The notes beneath the pieces are model-generated. The model searched no databases. It was not told the DNA's origin and saw only the letters and a program-made list of their open reading frames with translations. A program made the position numbers and the translations under genes. 64,000 nucleotides of DNA from Octopus vulgaris (Eukaryota), in NCBI GenBank assembly GCA_951406725.2, contig OX597816.1, positions 181,288,001 through 181,352,000 of the forward strand, written 5' to 3'. Shown here one piece after another: positions 11,653 through 24,271 of this stretch. The stretch's first letter is position 1, and every line of letters starts with the position of its first letter.

Positions 11653-13322
11653 CCTTCGTAACACAGTGTAGGTAAAAATGCACCAGTGTCTTTAGTCAGC
11701 TGTCAAGTCACAACAAGAACCTCAGACAGATAATACTTTCCTTAAGATGTGCGTTGTACCCAATAAGGCTGCTTTTCGCAAGACATCAATCTTGCATGGG
11801 ATTTCAAGTTGCCTTAAGAAATCATGAAGTTTCAATGGGATTGAGCCCACTGGTATCACTTTTACATTACCTTCTCGCATTCCATACAGTCTTGCCATTT
11901 CCACTTTCAATTCGGAGTCCTTGGTGATCTTTTTCAACCTCTTTACTCACAACATTCATGTTATTTGGTATGGCTACACCAATGATCTGACAGTATTTGT
12001 CTCTCTTACTCAATAAGACAATATCCGGCCGATGTGTTCGATTATACGATCCATCTGAAAATCATAGTCCCATAGTAACGTTACTTTTCTGTCCTCCTGC
12101 ATAATGTTACTTGGTACATGTTCATACCAGTTCTCTGTTACTTCATATTGGTATTTACGGCATAAGAGCCAATGAAGATGCACACACATTTTATCGTGGC
12201 GGCGCTTGTATTCTTTTTGTGGAAGGCTCTCACATCCGCTTACCAATTGGGTCACATTTTCCACGCTCTTTCCACAGTCTTCATTTCTGGGTGTCAGACG
12301 TTTTATAGATGTTATACTTCACTAATTTGATAGCGAGAACCTGGGCTTGTGCAGCAATGATCAGGCTTTCGGTGATACGCTTGAAATCACCTCGCTCAAG
12401 TCATGCCCACGATGCTGTATTATCCTTAACGTCTTATGTATCTCTTTCAAACTGTCCATGCATTCTCATTTCAAGAAGGTCTTATTTTCTCTTCTCCTCA
12501 GCTCTTTGCTTAAACTCTGCCTTGCCCATCATTTCGTCCGCATTTACACCCATATCTTTCGCGACATAGTGCAGCATGTCTTCATCACTTTTTATCAAAT
12601 ACTCAACAAGCGTTCTCCCTTCACTCCTTATACAATGATCTATACTAATCAGTCCTCTGCCACCATTCTTTCTTTTCATATACAGTCTGTTTACGTTTGC
12701 TTTAGGGTGTAGAACCCCATGCAGCGTCATCAACTTTTCTCGTCCTTCTATCCAGTGTTGATATTTCCTCCTTAGTCCATTTGAGAACTGACCACCGCAA
12801 CTGCCCAGATATTCATTGCGGTAAACAAAATTTTTGGCATTCAGGTTGGATTTCAACACCATCTTCACCCCCTTTTTGATACGCCTCGCTGACCTTGACT
12901 TTCATTTCTCTGTATAGAATGTCATCTATCTCCAAAATCCCTAAATATCTATACCCACTACCGTCAGGTTCACCCATGGTCTCTCCTGATGGTAACCGTA
13001 ACCCTCTGCAGGCTTCTGTCTTCCCTCTTTTCATATCAAGTACTGAGCATTTGGTAATTCCAAATTCCATACCGATCCCTACCACACTTCTGGACTGTTT
13101 TGGTTAAGGAATATATCTGTTTTTTCAGATTTCCCAAACAATTTCAGGTCATCCATAAAGAGAAGATGGTTCAATGATAGGCCTTACTTCCCATATCGGT
13201 AACCCATCTTAACTTTCCTAAGTGTTATTGTTATGGGTATTAGTGCAACTACAAAATGTAACTGAGAAAATGAATCACCTTGGAAGATTTCCCTTTTAAT
13301 ATTAACTTTTCCACAAAACACA
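11653..13322 (-). mobile_element. 5'-truncated R4/Dong-like LINE (RT plus REL)
   Basis: IFQGDS, LNHLLFMDDLKLF, GMEFGITKC, GGRGLISI, EYKRRHD, LLWDY..DR. Flanked by (ATT)n on the left and (TTA)(TTG)n on the right. Confidence 0.93.
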
Positions 13323-15758
13323 AATTATTATTATTGTTGTTGTTGTTGTTGTTGTCCTCATCATCACCACCATCACCTTCACCACCATCACCTTCACCAG
13401 CACCACCACCTCCACCACCATCATCATCATCATCAAAGAGTTGAAATTTCTAATCTTAGCAAGCGCATCCTATTCAAACAACACAGCTAGAAGAGAGCAT
13501 TTTCCCTCTGTAATCCTATGAAGTTCCGTGGTTGGCCTCTGACTCGTTTTCCTCCTACTGGGGCGTTTATTTCACGACTTTACTATACTTTTGTTTTCCA
13601 TACCACTTTTTTGTTCATAAACGGTTCTGCATAAACACCTCCGTTTTTGTAATTTGTTTTTGTAAAGACTTGTCAGTCGTTCTTTTGTTGTCGTTGTTGT
13701 TGATTACCTCGAATTAACGCGTTTTCAGAAATACCTCTTGGAATATTATTTCTTCCAATATTATTTGATGACGAAAGTCATTTTCAGTTTGATTACATGA
13801 CATGTACAAAAAAGGACAGTACATTAAGCGCAAACAATTGCAGTTGCAATTTCAAAAATTAGAAAAATAAAGTGGTGAAAATACGAAACAACGAAAACAA
13901 TGTAATTAATAACGTAATATTAGCCACATCAGCTTCTTTTTTGCTACCATTGTGTGTGAATTGAAGGTGCTCCAAGCGAAGAGAAAAGCGCGTCACAAAA
14001 GCCAGTACCTCTTTGCCCGAAGCAGTTAACCTTAGAAACAAGGAGAAAGGTGATATGTCATTGTTTGTTGGATAGCTATTATTTATTTGTGATAGTATCG
14101 ATATTTTTATTCTCATATTATTATTATCATTATTATTATTGTTGTTGTTGTTGTTGTTATAATTATCATTATTATTGTTATTATCATCATTATTGTTGTT
14201 GTTATTATTATTATTATTTTTTTTATCATCAGAGAAAAAGTGTTTATTTTTAACTTAAGTTCATCTTTAGCTGTTTTATATTTATATGAGATAACTTGCT
14301 ATTTATGTACATCTGATATGTACATGTGATATGCATACGTGATATATCTATCTGCTGTGTTTATATGCGACTTGTATATATGATATGTATGTGTGTGAGT
14401 GCGCGAGTGTGCGAGTCTGCGTAATGTGCACGCGCGGTATGTTATGATAACATTATTTTATTAAATTGTTATCTACAAACTGTACTCACTTCCAGAGAGA
14501 GTGTTTGAGTATTTTAAACAGTTACAAATATTAAACTCTGGGAAATAAATCCAGTTGAGGAATAGTTTGCTTTTAGATAGTTCTGGAAGTTAGTGATTGA
14601 CTGACTGATCTATGAAAACATTCACAGTTAATCGAAATTTACCTCTTAGAAGAAGAAAACAAGCCTATGGGTAATTGTTAGAAACTCTCAAAACAATTTG
14701 AAGAAAAATATTTCGCGGAAACTTCAATTTTCTTGCTAAAAAGGAAAATCTGATTTTTATTAGCAGATAAAGTGACAACTACAGGCATGTTTCAGTAATA
14801 TTTCACTTGCGTTAAGTTTTTCGTATACGAAACAATAACGAAGATTTTTATTCATCCAGTATAACTTAAATAATTAGCAGAAGTTAGCAAAGGGGGATAA
14901 CAGGAACGGAGAATAAATTTTACAGAAAATTGAATTTTCAGGTTAAGGCAGTAAATCTTATCTTTGTTAGCAGACAATGTGACAGCTAAGTCACAGTATC
15001 ATTTTGATTAGTTTACTCATATGGTTTTGTATTCTTTCAATATTTTGTTTCTGTTCCCTGTATGAGAGTATTTATTTATTTAAGGATCTCAGAGAATAAC
15101 TATCTTGTAATTTCCATTAACTGCATCCAATATGCCGTTCGCTTTTTAAAGATAGAAATGTGTGGTCATATTAGCTATTTTAGCAGGCCGCGCGATTACA
15201 TATTGTTTCCCTTATTTATTTGTTTTGTATGAGAATTTTTATTAGAGTTTTTAATTTCATATTTATAACGATACAAAATACTAATAATAATACATTTTAT
15301 TAATATTAAATATTTTATTAAATATGCGATGTTCGTCTATATAAAATTCTAGTTCACTGAAGCTGCTAAGAAAACAAATATTTTATTTTCGCTCCCCAAT
15401 TTTTATATCGTTTCGATTAGCAAATCTATATATTTTTATTTAACCATTTTATCATTCGTGCTTGATGTTGAGGTTATTGATTTAGGTTGCAATACAATTT
15501 TCGAAACTTTTTTTCCAGACCTTTGCTTCCGTGTATATATGTATGTGCGTGTGTTTTATGTGTATGTACTTTGTATATAAGTGTATGTGTAAGTGATGTG
15601 TTTGAACTTTCCTGCAGGTCTCTAAATCTTTTGAGATATTTGTTTCTCCTGTTCATTTCTTTCTTCTGTACAAAATCGAAAGATAAGAGAGGAAAGGAAA
15701 TATCTAGGATTTAAATACAGAACTTTATCGAAAAAGAAGGAATTCTTGAACCCTCGCC

Positions 15759-15769
15759 GCCGCCATCTT
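15759..15769 (-). promoter_or_regulatory. YY1/Pho-type motif AAGATGGCGGC, overlapping a CAG|GTAAG donor-like site
   Basis: gccgccatcttacctg in otherwise AT-rich unique DNA. A single motif only. Confidence 0.25.
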
Positions 15770-16060
15770 ACCTGTAGTTTCCAGCAATATTCAGTGTTGT
15801 TTATCTTAAGGTTTATTCGAAATACCTATTTGCCTTCTTCTTTGTATACAAGAACTACAGATTCCTGAGGTAACGTATTCAGAATTGAATAGATATCTCA
15901 TACTTATATTCCTGACCCTTTAGGATGTATTTTGAACTCTAAAAACACGTGAATAAAACTAGATATAGTATTGCATTTTCTTCGATCTTTTATTGCTTCT
16001 GCAACTCCTATTACTTTTGGCGTCTTTTTTAAAATTAAAAAAAAAGAAATAACTAGACTC

Positions 16061-16114
<54 letters not shown>

Positions 16115-16228
16115 ATGTGTGTGTGTGCGTGTGTGTGTGTAAACCATAATTAGGTAGGATATAAAAGAAATGAAAATATTTAACCACTTATTATCCTTAG
16201 GATTACGACGATTTCGCAGCTTTCATCA

Positions 16229-18142
16229 TCTGTAATATAAATTCTGTTCTGAGTGTGTGTGTGTGTGTGTGTGTGTGTGTCTGTCTGTCTGTCTGTCTGT
16301 GTAAAAGATTATAACAGCCGTATTTTTCAACTGATTTTCTCCAAACTGGAAATATATTACATATGTTCCAGGGATGGTTTTAGACTCTAAAAATTTTTTA
16401 CATAATGAGTAACGGGCCCACTGGGGGCAGAAAATACACGTTCCTGGGTTATGTGGAGAAAGGAGGGAAATCTTTACAAAGTAACTTTCAGAAATTGATT
16501 TCTCCCTTACATCCATTGGTCATAAAAAACAATAAAAATATTGCTTTTTATATTAGATTCCCATCTTTGAAAGGTTTTTTTAAATATTTAGTTCCGGTTT
16601 TCTTGCGTCAGTGACGTTTATATTTCTCTATCCATTTCTCTATCCATCTCTTTATCTATCTGTCTCTCTGCATTTATCTGTCTATATCTTATCTATCTAT
16701 ATCTATTTTATTTGTCTAACTAGCTAGCTCTCTCTCTCCCTCTCTCTATATCTCACTTACTCTCTATTGTTTTCACTTTCATTTTTCAGACGCTATTGTT
16801 TTCACTTTAAGTTCAATCGCTATTGTTTTCACTGTAAGTTTTTAATCGCTATTTACAAATAACAACGACAATTTACTGACAGAAAGAAGTTCACAATTAA
16901 TGATGAAAGTAATTTCATACGTAATTTATTAACAGAAGTAACTTAAAAAATTTCACTTAAATCCGTACACTTAGTTAATTTCCCTAAAAATTTCTTATTT
17001 ACTTTTGCAACAGTTTTGTGTTTTTCTGTTGTTTACGGCTTTTTTCTAGTTCCTTCGATACTGGCTCTTTGGTTCACTGACAAATTGCGCTTCAAACCGT
17101 TCAATACTTTATTTTCTGTAAAAATTTCTTATTTACTTTCTGCCTGTCGTTTTAAGAAATATAATTTCCATTACGCAGTTATTTTCATTGTTTACTATCT
17201 TCTGCACCAGTGTATTCTGTATTTCTGTAACCATGCCTAGAAGGAAAGTGTCAAATTTGTCTACAATGTCAAGGTCAGCCAAAGGAATGTCTCTGTGCAG
17301 GGAAAGAGAGACAGCTTCCGAAAAAGAAGCATACCAAGAAACGAGCAGACTGTGCACTACAAAAGCCAGAGCTTCTCAAAGTGATGAACAGAGGTACGCA
17401 CGGCTGACAAGGATTAGGATCTCCTCTGCAGAACTTAGAGCAGTTGCAACAGCTCAGAGAAGCAACTTCTATGAAGCAGCTTTCAACTATGATCCTGCAG
17501 TTCATTATGCAGATAACACTAGAGTTTCCATTGGTGCAATGACAACCGAGTGTATACATTGTAAAGCAAGGAAGTGGCCTAGAGAGACACCTGCACTGTG
17601 CTGCAGTGGTGGAAAGGTTAAACTCCCTGCAGTCCTTCAGCCTCCAGAGCCATTGAAGAAACTGTTGTCATCAACTGACCAAGATTTCAAGCACTTCCAA
17701 AACAAAATTAGACAATACAACGCTGCACTACAGATGACATCATTTGGAACCACAAAAGATTTAACTGACCCAGGATTCATGCAAACTTTCAAGAGTCAAG
17801 GTCAGATTTATCAACAGACTGACTCTCTATTACCTCTGTCAAATGAGTCACCAAATTGGCCTTTCATTGTTTATAATCTGTACCTATTTTTTTAGTTACA
17901 AAATAAGCTACACAAAACGTGTTTTTGAATTACATATATTTACTTTATACACATATAAGAGTTGAAAACCTTCTTTTAACATTTCCCTTAACGTCTGTGT
18001 TCCATGCTGGTATGGGTTAGAGAGTTATTGATATAGGAAGTTGGTACCTCAGCTACTAGCAGCTGAGACCTGCGTAATCTAGACGGCGTTTTAAAATTTC
18101 ATTATTCTCTTTAAACCGGGTAACGCCAGGTAATTCTGCTAG
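16229..18142 (+). mobile_element. Non-autonomous Helitron carrying an N-terminal Rep fragment
   Basis: A|TC start, subterminal GC hairpin ccgggtaacgccagg, CTAG|T end; (GTCT)n near the 5' end. Confidence 0.9.
17233..17895 (+). pseudogene. Helitron RepHel N-terminal fragment (zinc finger plus start of the Rep domain)
   Basis: AAFNYDP..IGAM..CIHCKARKW..E...CCSGGKVKL..PPEPL..HF..KIRQYN..QMTSFG..F..QGQIY; truncated. Confidence 0.9.
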
Positions 18143-18559
18143 TGTAATAATAATTTCAGTGTATAATAAGCTATGCTTACATGTCTGCACTAATATTCAC
18201 GCTACACATTATATAATACCATTGCATAGTCTTGCTTTCTTTTCTTTGAGAAAATATTTTGAGGTTTTTTGACCTTTTAACTTTGAAAAAATTGAAAGGC
18301 TGTATCTCAGTGGTAGCATAACACAATTAGATTCATGGTCACAGCGACTGACTTTCTTACTTTAGAATTTGCATTTATTTATTTTCTATATGCATAGCAT
18401 GCATATTAGAGCAGACACGTAAACATAATTTATTATACACAGAAATTATTATTGCATGTTTAAGGCTGCGAAATGACAGTAACCCTAAGGATATCAAGTG
18501 GTTAAATGAATAAATTCATTTCTCATATCCCCTGACTTTTTTATGGTTGATATATGTGC

Positions 18560-18594
<35 letters not shown>

Positions 18595-18595
18595 C

Positions 18596-18624
<29 letters not shown>

Positions 18625-18626
<2 letters not shown>

Positions 18627-19020
18627 AGCAGTATCGCCTGGCGTTGCTCGGGTTTGTAAGGGAAATAACTATATAAGCATTTTTAGAGAGTTATAGCCAA
18701 AAAATAGGAAAAAAATGCATTAAAAATGGAAAAAAATTAAGGTAAATTTCTTTTTAAAACGTTGACACATCGTAGATATTTTTAGAGAGTTACTTCCCTT
18801 ATATGATAGCGAAAAAACTGCATTAAAATGGAAAAATATGATGGTAAATTTTTTTTAATCGTAGACTCATCGTAGACGCGCGCTAATACCCAGAAGGGCT
18901 CGATATGACTCACGACTATAAGATACCCGGTTTTGGTTACACTGCACCGCAAAATGTGGGAGTAGTTAGGAATCTAAATCGTAGGAGACAGACACACAAC
19001 TTCACTCTTATATATAAAGA
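18625..19020 (-). mobile_element. Non-autonomous Helitron family A (about 400 bp)
   Basis: CTAG end at 18625-18628 with hairpin cc(t)ggcgttgctcggg; A|TCTTTATATATAA start at 19020. Confidence 0.9.
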
Positions 19021-19129
19021 TATAAGTCACGTAGTTATATACACATACTTTGTTATATACACATTCTTAAAAGAAAATGTTATTTTGAATACATTTATAA
19101 AGAATAAAATATTTTTTGGTTTTTCTTAA

Positions 19130-19805
19130 CCCTTTCGTTACTATATTTCTGACCAAAATACACCCCTTATGTGTTTCAATTAATTTCTAACGTAATCATA
19201 AATTTAGTCTGGTTTCATTAAACAACAATAACTTTTTTATTTATCAATATATTAACGTGAATTTTGGAAGATAATTTAATGAAATGTCCTCAACCAATTC
19301 TATACTATAATTTTTGTCACAAAGTGACTCTAATTGCAGGTAGATACAGGTAAATTCAACAATATATAAAATTATTAAAATTTTGTTCAAACATCGCTAT
19401 AGAAAATGGGTTATTAGCTAATATTCAATTGGGTATACAACAAAATTTTACGATAGAATTTGTTATTCTGGGTAACTTTCTGATACCCATAATAATATTT
19501 ATGGCAAAATAGGCCTTAATTTCATTTAAGGTTGTGGGAAATAACAAACTATCCTTTCTTTCGTTTTGTTTACGTTTAGCGTAACGTTTCGTTTCTACCG
19601 TAATGATTTCAAATGGGCTTATTCGAAAAAGTAAATAGAAATAGTCTAAGGCTTTACTCTTCTGGGAAAATCTGTGGCTTGGTGCAGTTTCTTCAGAAAA
19701 ATCACCGAAAGAAACAGTTTTTAAATTTTCACTCCATTCAGGTACCAATTCATTTTCTTAATCGCTGTCGGATTCACTGTTTTCACTTTAATAGCTGCAA
19801 ACTTG
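19130..19805 (-). mobile_element. piggyBac (PGBD4-like) fragment with one terminus
   Basis: TTAA at 19126-19129 followed by CCCTTT; ORF 19425-19748 LDYFYLLF..IITVETKRYA..TTLNEIKAYFAINIIMGI.KLP. Confidence 0.85.
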
Positions 19806-19809
19806 CAAA

Positions 19810-20105
19810 GACAAGGGAGGAGAAGGGTGATAGCGTCAGTGAAACAATTCGCTCCCTTTGTGTGTGTGTGCGTTTGCGTGTGGTGTAAACCACATTAAGA
19901 AAAACATTTGACATACACACCAGAATGTGAGTTTTCTGTAAATTTTGCTTAATTGGAGTTTAAATTTTAAAAACTGGACCTGGCATGACCCGATGCATTC
20001 TACTCTTAAAAATGCTAGGTAAATTGTAATTGAAGAAATCCTATATTGTAGATTTCTATAAGTTACAAAGGGAGGCAGATAAAATCTGCCTTTTATAATA
20101 AGAGA
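19810..20105 (-). mobile_element. Helitron family B 5' segment
   Basis: Reverse complement of 20586-20830; TC start; ggcagat..atctgcc hairpin. Confidence 0.75.
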
Positions 20106-20111
20106 TATATA

Positions 20112-20543
20112 TAGTACAAAGTAAGATAGGGGTGTAACCCACTATGGGATATCAATTATCCAATATACTGTTGGTAAAGTACCCAAAGTCTTAATACATA
20201 AATGTTTTTAATTGCAATGCAATTAATTCATTTATTGTATTAAACGGGTGAAGGTAAAGAAATATTTTTACCGTAAATTTATAATACAAATAAGAAAATG
20301 GAGAAACCAATTAGATTCACTTTTGACCATAGGCTGAAACAGCTATAAGAAGTAGTTTATGGATTTCAATAATTTATAATATGACTTTTAAAATCTGTAT
20401 TTGTATTATTATCTTATCTATTGATTTATATAATATTTCGTATTCTTTTGATGTTCTCATTTGTAAAATGAATAAATAATCCAACATTATAATATCCGTA
20501 ACTTGATGAACAAAACAAATTTGTTTCTCCATCGTCTTATTTG

Positions 20544-20550
<7 letters not shown>
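20112..20550. mobile_element. PLE-tail-like remnant with an internal inverted repeat
   Basis: 20280-20312 is the reverse complement of 20518-20550; partial ggctGAAAcagcta HHR 3' half at about 20332. Confidence 0.4.
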
Positions 20551-20585
<35 letters not shown>

Positions 20586-20586
<1 letters not shown>

Positions 20587-21050
20587 CTTATTATAAAAGG
20601 CAGATTTTATCTGCCTTCCTTTGTATCTTATAGAAATCTACAATATAGGATTTCTTCAATTACAATTTACCTAGCATTTTTAAGAGTAGAATGCATCGGG
20701 TCGTGCCAGGTCCAGTTTTTAAAATTTCAACCCCAATTAAGCAAAATTTAGAGAAAACTCACATTGTGGTGTATAAATCAAATGCTTCTCTTACTGTGGC
20801 CTACACCACACGCACACGCACACACACAGTGTGCAACGAATAAAGTGAAAGTAATTCACTTTTTGTAGTGAGTGACTCTTTCACTCTGCCACTTCCTCTT
20901 TACACACATAGACACGCAAATATATAAATAAAATTGTAAGCTAACGTGTGTGTGTGCGTGTGTGTGAGTGTGTGTGTGTGTGTGCGTGTGTGTGTGAGGG
21001 TGCGTGTGTTTGTGTGTGTGTGTGTGCGTGTGCGTGAGTGTGTGACAGGA
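20586..21050 (+). mobile_element. Helitron family B 5' segment
   Basis: A|TCTTATTATAAAAGG start; matches 19860-20105 in inverted orientation. Confidence 0.75.
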
Positions 21051-21727
21051 AAGTTTTTTAGGACGAATATAAGACCTATATCCAAGTAGCAGAAAGATCG
21101 CCCAAAAGTGTATATAGATATTTAAATGTATTTATATATTCATCTATACACAGATGTATGTATAATGTGTGTGTATATATTTCCATAGAGGTAACCTTTC
21201 ACTCCATACAAAGTTTTTTAGGACGAATATAAGATCTAAAGTATATACAAGTAGCAGAAAGATCGCCCAAAAGTGTATATAGATATTTAAATGTATTTAT
21301 ATATTCATCTATACACAGATGTATGTATAATGTGTGTGTATATATTTCCATACACGTAACCATTCACTCCGCACAAAGTTTTTTAGGACGAAAATAAGAT
21401 CTAAAGTTATCTCTAAGTAGCACAAAGATCGCCCAAAAGTGTATATAGATATATAAATGTATTTATATATTCATCTATGCACACATGTATGTATAACGTG
21501 TGTGTATATATTTCCATAGAGGTAACCATTCACTCCATACAAAGTTTTTTAGGACGAAAATAAGATCTAAAGTTATCTCTAAGAAACAGAAAGATCGCCC
21601 AAAAGTGTATATAGATATTTAAATGTATTTATATATTCATCTATACACACATGTATGTATAATGTGCGTGTATATATTTCCATAGAGGTAACCATTCAAT
21701 CCATACAAAGTTTTTTAGGACGAAAAT
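21051..21727. repeat. Tandem array, about 4.1 copies of a 160-166 bp unit
   Basis: ggacgaa at 21061, 21221, 21386, 21552 and 21718. Confidence 0.97.
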
Positions 21728-21728
21728 A

Positions 21729-22535
21729 TTTATATATAAAAGAAAGGTTGTGTGTCTGTCTGCTCCGATTTAGATTCCTAACTACTCCCACATTTTGCGA
21801 TGCAGTTTAACCAAAACCGGGTATCTTATAGTCGTGATTCATATCGAGCCCTTCTGGGTATTAGCGCGCGTCTACGATGAGTCTATGATTTTACAAATAA
21901 TTTACCATCATTTTTTTCCATTTTAATGCACACCAATATGCGTGCTCATATGCGACGTAATATCACATCAGCAGCATTTCCTCACACCCTCCTTGCACTT
22001 GGCGAAGGCAAAATACCAGGGGATGAAAATGGTAATATTGCCATCGATTCCATTTGTACCATTGTTAAGACACCTTCTGATCTCAGAGATGCAGTGTTCC
22101 CAGATCTACAAGCTAATTATCAGAATATGGATTGGATTGGCAAAAAGGCTATACTGGCCCCGAGGAATAAAACTGTTCACCATATTAATGATGAAATGCT
22201 AAAACTCATTCCTGGGGAAGTCTATGTATATCAGTCTATCAATACAACTCCTGACCCAGAGGACGTCATCAACTATCCAATAGAGGTACTCAATTCCTTT
22301 GAGCACCCCGGACTACCACCACACTTTCTCAAACTTAAAGTTGGTGCCCCTATAATGCTCATCAGAAATTTGGTTCCCCCAAAACAATGCAATGGCACAC
22401 GTTTGATCGTTAAGTCCTTATCTCCCACCGTAAGCTTATATCAATATTTGCCTGAATAATCATCATAATTCAGTGCAATCATTAACAGTACTTTCAAGCA
22501 ATTCAGCCCCGAGCAACGCCGGGCAATTCTGCTAG
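21729..22535 (+). mobile_element. Helitron family A carrying a PIF1-like helicase fragment
   Basis: 5' part matches 18830-19020 inverted; ORF 21926-22459 NMR..LLALGEG..AILAPRN..YPIEVLNS..PGLPPH.LKLKVGAPIMLIRNL..CNGTRL; hairpin cccgagcaacgccggg and CTAG|T end. Confidence 0.93.
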
Positions 22536-22591
22536 TATATATATGTAAATGAAAGAATGGAGTTGAACGACGATTTAACAAAATTCCTTTA

Positions 22592-22674
22592 TTCTTGACA
22601 TATGTTTCGAAGACTGCATATTCCTAATTTCTAAGGAATAAGGGGTGCATTATGCCGCCTTCTCATCAGGAAAA
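22592..22674 (-). ncRNA. Type I hammerhead ribozyme motif
   Basis: CTGATGA, long stem II gaaggcggcata/tatgcagtcttc, GAAA, CATATG, GUC triplet. The first stem I pair is mismatched. Confidence 0.8.
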
Positions 22675-23563
22675 ACAAGGAACTTATGTCAGCATCAAGA
22701 TGAACAAAAACTTTTAGATGACAGCCCACACGGAGCCCATAGCGATAATGAGTGTTTCTTTAAAATATTTTGTTATAAGCAGTGACGTTAAAATGGCTGA
22801 ATGCAGAAGATTCTAGAAGGTTCAAGGGTTCAAACAAGGTAGGAGGAGAGAGGTCTAAGAATAGGAAGGTGACAGGGTGCAAGTCATATGAATGGTGATT
22901 TGTTGTTGTTTTCTTTTGTGATTGAGTGCCTGTATGTGTGTATGTATATAACTGCATTCGTGTCTATGTGTGTGCGTGATTGTGTGTGTGGTTGGGTGGA
23001 TGCCAAAAACAAACAGTGGTGAAGTGACAGGTTTGTGTCTGTGTGTTTGATTGTGCTTACGATAGAGAGAGGGAAAGAGAGAGAGAGGAGGTCGAGGTAG
23101 AGAGACAAAGGTAAAACCTACCTCAACGAAATTTGGTAGAAGTCCTTTATGAGTATAAAAATTTGTCTATGGGGGAAATGTATAAATGGAACCAAATTAT
23201 TAAAATTCAAGGATGTTATCTATATTAATCATCATTCATATGAGTGAAAGGTGTGTTTTTGCCAGTGCATGCACCTATAGGATTTTTCAATCATTGTATT
23301 TATTAAAGGGAATTTGGCGAACAATATATGGAAAAGTTCGGAATTACAGACGCCACAAAATTTTCTGCCCTTATCAAACGGAAAGGATACAGACAATATG
23401 GACCATTCCAGCTTGAACCTTCTAGAATCTTCTGCATTCAGCCATTTTGACGTCACTGCTTATAACGGAATATTTTAAAGAAACACTCATTATCGCTATG
23501 GGCTCCATGTGGGCAGTCATCTAAAAGTTTTTGTTCATCTTGATGCTGACATAAGTTCCTTGT

Positions 23564-23646
23564 TTTTCCTGATGAGAAGGCGACATAATGCATCCCTTAT
23601 TCCTTCGAAATTAGGAATATGCAGCTTTCGAAACATATGTCGAGAA
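23564..23646 (+). ncRNA. Type I hammerhead ribozyme motif
   Basis: Stem I ttttc/gagaa, CTGATGA at 23569-23575, stem II gaaggc/gctttc, GAAA at 23630-23633, palindrome acatatgt, predicted cleavage after C23641. Confidence 0.85.
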
Positions 23647-23835
23647 TAAAGGAATTTTGTTAAATCGTCGTTCAACTCCATTCTTTCATTTATTTGTATT
23701 AAAAAAACACAAATTTCCACACGAAAGCACGTGATCTCTGCCCTTGGCATGTAGCTTCAACCGTGTTTTTCTGACGTGAATTTGCTACCCAGGTATCGGT
23801 TAACCGAATTATCCATACTAAGATAATTCATTCAA

Positions 23836-23889
<54 letters not shown>

Positions 23890-24271
23890 GCCTATGCACA
23901 TTTCAATTCCCACCTTCTTTCATATTTAACAATTAAAATTGCATTATGAATTTAAAAGGTAAAAATCTCTTTAGGACAAAATTAACATATATTCATATAT
24001 ATTCATCTACATCCTAATGAATGGAGAGCTTCTTACATACTGCATAGCAGCATGTGTATGTGTGCTTGTGTGTGTTAGCATGTGTGTCTTTGGATTTCGT
24101 TCTAAAAATAGCTAGATGTTAAACTACGGCCATAGTGAGCAATGGCGAGTTGCAGTCTTGAAGAACTAGGTCACACATAATGGAATTTATATCGCTTTTC
24201 TTTTAGAAGTTGGCTGCCACCCCCTTCCTTCTCCCTTTTCAGGATAAAAAATAAAAATAAATATATATATA

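Larger units (their letters stand above)
16184..18501. mobile_element. piggyBac-type MITE (about 400 bp) interrupted by a Helitron
   Basis: TTAA at 16180-16183 and 18502-18505; about 40-bp imperfect TIRs ccactt..tatccttagg.ttac...atttcgcagc.tt. Confidence 0.85.
22546..23692 (-). mobile_element. 5'-truncated Penelope-like element with an inverted copy of its 3' end (about 281-bp arms)
   Basis: Arms 22546-22826 and 23412-23692 are near-perfect reverse complements. Between them, minus-strand LEWSILS..PFDKG..FCGVCNSE..IL..LIN..YRCMHWQK matches the C-terminus of the PLE GIY-YIG region. Confidence 0.9.

Noticed and set aside
21051-21727. Regular repeats as a possible CRISPR array
   Set aside because: Whole 165-bp units repeat with no unique spacers, and the context is eukaryotic.
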